This document shows positions 55,119 through 58,761 of a stretch of 58,761 nt of DNA, in pieces. A program made the position numbers and the translations under genes. How positions within the stretch are numbered: position 1 is the stretch's first letter; each line of letters begins with the position of its first letter. The notes below the pieces were generated by a model. That model did not search any database. It worked only from the letters and a program-made list of their open reading frames with translations, and was not told where the DNA came from. The stretch lies in sequence record SRR2962707_856, one strand, 5' to 3'.

Positions 55119-55146
55119 AGCCCCGCCAAGTGCGGGGCTTTTTTTA
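55119..55146 (+). terminator. Terminator after cI
   Basis: AGCCCCGC-CAAGT-GCGGGGCT followed by TTTTTT. Confidence 0.85.
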
Positions 55147-55167
55147 TGCACATATGTCATTTTCTTG

Positions 55168-55196
55168 TTGACGGCATATGCCCGCATATGTATATT
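55168..55196 (+). promoter_or_regulatory. Rightward early promoter with operator CATATGCCCGCATATG
   Basis: TTGACG-N17-TATATT; the spacer is the operator. Confidence 0.85.
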
Positions 55197-55251
55197 CCCG
55201 CCTATGCGCTGGTCACCACCCGGCGCAACCACCTAAGAGGAGTACAAGAAA

Positions 55252-55548
55252 ATGACACAACAGCTTTTGCCCACTGAAAACGCCAGAAGAGTTTACGGCA
55301 CGGGCCACGAATTTGGGCTTGGCCAGGCCCGTGTCAACGGCGGGGGCGCTACTACCAAGAACAAAAACAACACAAAGGAACTGGCGTTGCCGGCGGAAGC
55401 TGGCGACGCCGTTGGCGTAGGCGCGGGCGTGTGGAGCGTTGAACCCATGCCGCGCGCTGACCACAAGGCGAAGCGGCATGGGCGGCCCGTTAGCGTGAAG
55501 TATAAGCGGCAGGCGCGAAAGCGCGCGATATGGGACGAAGTGCTGTGA
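55252..55548 (+). CDS. Basic hypothetical protein
   Basis: CACCAC leader plus GAGGAG SD; Arg/Lys-rich C-terminus. Confidence 0.65.
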   Translation: MTQQLLPTENARRVYGTGHEFGLGQARVNGGGATTKNKNNTKELALPAEAGDAVGVGAGVWSVEPMPRADHKAKRHGRPVSVKYKRQARKRAIWDEVL

Positions 55549-55715
55549 GCCCGGTCGTCCAAGACGCTGGTCTGGGCATCACGGCCCGCCTGACCGAAAT
55601 GAACGCGCGACACCGCGCAGAGCGACACGCCGCATATGGAGCGCTGAACAGCCTTATGACTGGCGCGTTTCTGCTGGTCGTGTTTACCGCAACGATTTTT
55701 GTTTGGGCTGCTTAG
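55545..55715 (+). CDS. Small membrane protein
   Basis: GTGA-coupled; C-terminal TM segment. Confidence 0.55.
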   Translation: MSPVVQDAGLGITARLTEMNARHRAERHAAYGALNSLMTGAFLLVVFTATIFVWAA

Positions 55716-55735
55716 GGTAGCCGCCACTAGAGGAG

Positions 55736-56521
55736 ATGGATATGGAAAAGATAAGCCAACTGGCGGAGATGCTGCGAGGCGGAACGCTGTCACTATGCGG
55801 CGGCGACATCACAATTGCGTACTCCACCAGCAACGAGTCTAGCGATGCTTTCGACGCGCTGCTCGACCTGGCAGCAGCCGACCGCCTCGAATCCCTCCAA
55901 TCATCCAATGATGAGGGAGTGGAAGACCGGGTGACACGCATCATATCGGTCGCCGCGATAATCAGGCGGGTCGATGGCAACAATACCATGGGGGCCGGAG
56001 AACTTGCCGAGGCAATTGTTGACGCCCTCTCCACCAAGCCCGAAGCGGCGAAGCCCCGGTATATCGGAACTATCGGTCATGTCGATCACGGCAAAACGTC
56101 GCTGACGGCAGCTATTGCCAGCCTCGCCACCCAACCCCCAACCCCTGCCAGCGGGGAGCATATGGAGGTGGTGGCGTACAAGGGCCAGTCCGGATCGCTA
56201 TACCTTCCGCATCACGGAGACCCCAAGGAAGATGCTGCCCTCGTCACCCTCGACGCTGCCCAGAAAGCAATTGCAGAGGCGCGAGCGGAAGTGTTACGGG
56301 CGTGGGATGTTTGCGACAAGCGCAGGAGGCAGGCCGAAACCGCCGAAGCCCTCAACACAACACTATCGGAGGCGCTGAAAATGGCAAAGGCTGGCATTTC
56401 CGCAGCGTTTATGGAGGAAGGTAAGAAACGGTTCAAGCTTCTGAACGAGGCACGCCACACAATCAACACAGCCCTCGCCGCTATGCCAGCCAAACAGGGA
56501 GGGTATGGGGATGAAGCCTGA
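55736..56521 (+). CDS. Mosaic hypothetical protein containing an EF-Tu P-loop segment
   Basis: GAGGAG SD; IGTIGHVDHGKTSLTAAI at 56063-56116. Confidence 0.75.
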   Translation: MDMEKISQLAEMLRGGTLSLCGGDITIAYSTSNESSDAFDALLDLAAADRLESLQSSNDEGVEDRVTRIISVAAIIRRVDGNNTMGAGELAEAIVDALSTKPEAAKPRYIGTIGHVDHGKTSLTAAIASLATQPPTPASGEHMEVVAYKGQSGSLYLPHHGDPKEDAALVTLDAAQKAIAEARAEVLRAWDVCDKRRRQAETAEALNTTLSEALKMAKAGISAAFMEEGKKRFKLLNEARHTINTALAAMPAKQGGYGDEA

Positions 56522-56753
56522 GTGGTGCCCGGACGATATTTGGAAGCGTGCGCAGTATTACTGGCGTCTGGACGGATGCTCAGCGCCAACGCCCAACACC
56601 TACGCCCGCGCCCTCCTCACCGCCCGTCAGCAAGGTCGTGATGAAGGGCTGGAAGAAGCTAAGGCAATAGCGTCGGGTTTCATGGACAAAATCAGTGCGG
56701 AAGACTTCGCCGCCGCCATTCGCGAAAAGATCGGGGAGCATGGGAATGGGTGA
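56511..56753 (+). CDS. Hypothetical protein
   Basis: GGAGGG SD; overlaps neighbours. Confidence 0.6.
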   Translation: MKPEWCPDDIWKRAQYYWRLDGCSAPTPNTYARALLTARQQGRDEGLEEAKAIASGFMDKISAEDFAAAIREKIGEHGNG

Positions 56754-56994
56754 TTGGCGAAACCTCATGAACGAGCCCCACTTTTTCAAAGCGGGCGCTC
56801 GATACCATGTCCTGTCTTGGATGGGGTTCAACCCTAAAGTGCCCCACATGGACGGCACGTCGATAATCGTATGTTCCGAGCCGACATGTGAGTTTAACGG
56901 GCGCGCGGCGCATCAGTTGGAAGAGCAAGGCTATGACATAACGAAGATTCTGCCGTTTGCCGCCGCCCTCCGCAAGTCACAAGGGGAGCGGTGA
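56746..56994 (+). CDS. Hypothetical protein
   Basis: GGAG SD; CSEPTCEFN. Confidence 0.55.
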   Translation: MGDWRNLMNEPHFFKAGARYHVLSWMGFNPKVPHMDGTSIIVCSEPTCEFNGRAAHQLEEQGYDITKILPFAAALRKSQGER

Positions 56995-57128
56995 TGACCG
57001 ACACAGACCCCTACATCGATTTCGACCAGCCTGAAGCTGCGGACAAGTGGACCCGGCCCAACACGCAACCACCCGTCAGGGTGCGGCGCGATAAAGAAAG
57101 GAGGAGGAGACATGCAAGCGGCGAATGA
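56994..57128 (+). CDS. Small hypothetical protein (44 aa)
   Basis: TGATG-coupled; fills the operon gap. Confidence 0.45.
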   Translation: MTDTDPYIDFDQPEAADKWTRPNTQPPVRVRRDKERRRRHASGE

Positions 57129-57489
57129 TAATGGGCGGGATGGATACGTTTACGTCATCACTTCGACAGAACAAAAAGCCTTCAAGGTTGGATACACGTC
57201 GTCAGGCGTCCGCATTCACAACCTGCAGACTGGCAACCCCGCCAAGCTGACTCTTATGCGGCAAATCCCTGCAACAAAGGCAGCCGAGCGAGGCGTGCAT
57301 GCGGCGCTATCGGATTTCATAATTCGTGGCGAATGGTTCACTGACAGCGGCCTCGCTAATTGTCTTGTTGACGACTTGCTGAATGAATTCCATGGGTGCC
57401 AGCAGGACGGTCGAGTTCTCGAAGAATCTGACGCATTTAAAGCCGCAAAAAACGCGGTAAGGTATTTCCGCTTGGGAGTCGCGGCATGA
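57112..57489 (+). CDS. GIY-YIG (T5orf172/MUG113-like) protein
   Basis: GYVYVI...FKVGYT...LQTGNP...RGEWF; begins MQAANDN, ends GVAA. Confidence 0.8.
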   Translation: MQAANDNGRDGYVYVITSTEQKAFKVGYTSSGVRIHNLQTGNPAKLTLMRQIPATKAAERGVHAALSDFIIRGEWFTDSGLANCLVDDLLNEFHGCQQDGRVLEESDAFKAAKNAVRYFRLGVAA

Positions 57490-57794
57490 CCCCAGGCAAC
57501 GATAACAGACCGTTCACACCAGAAACCCTCGCCGATCGGTGGGGGTGTTCTGCGCAACACATACGCGACATTATCCGGGCCGGCGACTTGCCAGCATTTC
57601 GGATTGGTCGCTTAATACGAATCCGCCCTGAAGCCGTGAGAAAATTCGAATGTCCGAGTCCGACCAACGACAACCAGCCTACCGATGCAAGCTATTCCGC
57701 GGATACTGGCACGCCGTCTGGATCGACGAGGCAGGGCGAACGCAACGGCGCTCGCTCCGCACCAAGGATCGTGAAGAGGCCGAGCGCAGCCTAA
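57486..57794 (+). CDS. xis: Excisionase-like HTH protein
   Basis: FTPETLADRWGCSAQHIRDIIRAGDLPAFRIGRLIRI; adjacent to int. Confidence 0.85.
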   Translation: MTPGNDNRPFTPETLADRWGCSAQHIRDIIRAGDLPAFRIGRLIRIRPEAVRKFECPSPTNDNQPTDASYSADTGTPSGSTRQGERNGARSAPRIVKRPSAA

Positions 57795-58660
57795 TTGACT
57801 TCAAGCGAGACGCAACGGCACCCGTCGGATCCACAGTGGGCGCAATCGTTGAGGCGTACCTTGCAGAGAAGAGGGGTCGCATTTCGGACCACGCGCGTCT
57901 GCAGCACGGATGGGATCGAGCCAAGGCAACGTTCGCGCACCTGCGTCCGGACCAGATCACGCGCGAGCTTTGCCGGGAATATACCGCAGTGCGGCAAGCG
58001 GAAGGCGAGCGAGCACGCGGCAAGCCGACCGGCGACGCGACCATCCTCAAGGAAATGAATGTCATCCGCCAATCCCTCAACTGGCGCGGCGTCACTGGTG
58101 CGGTTTTTGAGGCCCCTAGCGCGCCTCCGCCTCGCGACCGGCACCTGACACGCGCCGAGTTCTCAACGCTACTGGATGCGGCTGGCAGCCCACACATTCG
58201 CCTGTTTATGATCCTGGCCCTATCAACGGCTGGCCGCAAGTCTGCAATTCTGCAATTGACCTGGGACCGGGTTGATTTCGAGCGTGGCCAGATACGGCTT
58301 GGCGTCGTTGGCGAGCGCAATCGAAAGGGCCGCGCATTGGTGCCGATGACCGATCGGCTGCGCCGCGAACTGCTAACCGCGCAAGCCGCCGCCCTGACCC
58401 CGTTTGTGATCGAGTACGGCGGCGATCCGGTGAAGAATATCAAGAAGGGCTTTGCCAAGGCCGTGGAGCGCTCCGGCCTTATCGACGTCACGCCGCACGA
58501 CCTGCGCCACAGCGCGGCGGTGTGGATGGCCGAGGACGGAATACCGATGGACGAGATTGCGCAGTTTCTTGGTCACAGCGACCCGCGCATCACGTTCCGC
58601 GTGTATGCCCGGTACTCGCCGGCTTACCTTAAGAAAGCGGCGTCAAGCCTAGAGTTCTAG
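57650..58660 (+). CDS. int: Tyrosine integrase
   Basis: TAGRKSAILQLTW (R), RNRK, HDLRH, LGH, VYARY; adjacent to att core. Confidence 0.95.
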   Translation: MSESDQRQPAYRCKLFRGYWHAVWIDEAGRTQRRSLRTKDREEAERSLIDFKRDATAPVGSTVGAIVEAYLAEKRGRISDHARLQHGWDRAKATFAHLRPDQITRELCREYTAVRQAEGERARGKPTGDATILKEMNVIRQSLNWRGVTGAVFEAPSAPPPRDRHLTRAEFSTLLDAAGSPHIRLFMILALSTAGRKSAILQLTWDRVDFERGQIRLGVVGERNRKGRALVPMTDRLRRELLTAQAAALTPFVIEYGGDPVKNIKKGFAKAVERSGLIDVTPHDLRHSAAVWMAEDGIPMDEIAQFLGHSDPRITFRVYARYSPAYLKKAASSLEF

Positions 58661-58667
58661 CAATTTC

Positions 58668-58683
58668 TGGTGCAATTGCACCA
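58668..58683. repeat. Putative integrase arm-type site (perfect palindrome TGGTGCAATTGCACCA)
   Basis: Matches 120-135 at 15 of 16 positions. Confidence 0.6.
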
Positions 58684-58734
58684 AGGGGAACTGCCTAGAC
58701 AAAATCGAAAACCCAATGTTTTCAATGCAGTAAA

Positions 58735-58761
58735 TGGTGGGTGTAACTGGGATTGAACCAG
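58735..58761 (-). other. att core, right part: T-arm and CCA end of tRNA-Val
   Basis: Minus strand CTGGTTCAATCCCAGTTACACCCACCA; continues into positions 1-30. Confidence 0.85.

Larger units (their letters stand above)
1..58761. mobile_element. Complete temperate siphovirus-like phage/prophage, probable alphaproteobacterial host, tRNA-Val(CAC) integration site
   Basis: Integrase, xis, CI, replication, packaging, head, tail and lysis modules all present; the two ends join (shared ACCAG) into a tRNA 3' half. Confidence 0.95.

Noticed and set aside
55736-56521. tuf (EF-Tu) gene
   Set aside because: Only 18 residues match; the rest of the GTPase and domains 2 and 3 are absent
2417-57132. AANDN as a DNA-level repeat or protein-binding site
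   Set aside because: Variation is concentrated at synonymous positions and the motif is always in frame on the coding strand
1332-57794. C-terminal Ala-Ala alone (about 20 proteins) as proof of ClpX degrons
   Set aside because: Many arise where an SD and GCGGCATGA/GCGTGA overlap the next start codon, which itself encodes ...AA-stop; counted as support only when paired with ANDN or uncoupled

Overview
The window is an apparently complete ~58.8 kb temperate long-tailed (HK97-fold) phage or prophage, probably of an alphaproteobacterium. It is opened inside its attachment core, the 3' half of a tRNA-Val(CAC) split across the two ends. Left to right: an antirepressor/ribbon-helix-helix cassette; a leftward accessory operon (HNH, DUF5664-like, HD hydrolase, sigma-like factor, two metallophosphoesterases, trypsin-like protease); lysis genes; a methyltransferase moron; tail, head and packaging genes; a late leader containing a tRNA-like RNA; a replication/recombination operon (primase-helicase with an iteron-like array, two DNA methyltransferases, SF2 helicase, beta clamp, Sak4-like ATPase, SSB-like protein); the CI repressor; a rightward early operon; xis and int. 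The main finding is an SsrA/tmRNA-tag-like peptide written into many unrelated phage proteins: at least 18 exact [A/P]ANDN copies in 15 proteins, with varied synonymous codons, often followed by or paired with a C-terminal Ala-Ala. This suggests a phage-wide programme using the host SspB/ClpXP pathway. Other findings: a bipartite CACCAC...CCAC-GAGGAG element before about 20 genes, repressor operators dispersed across the genome, an 18-aa EF-Tu P-loop segment inside an early protein, and an 8/5-fold tRNA-like element. All product calls come from motif recognition by eye; no database searches were run.
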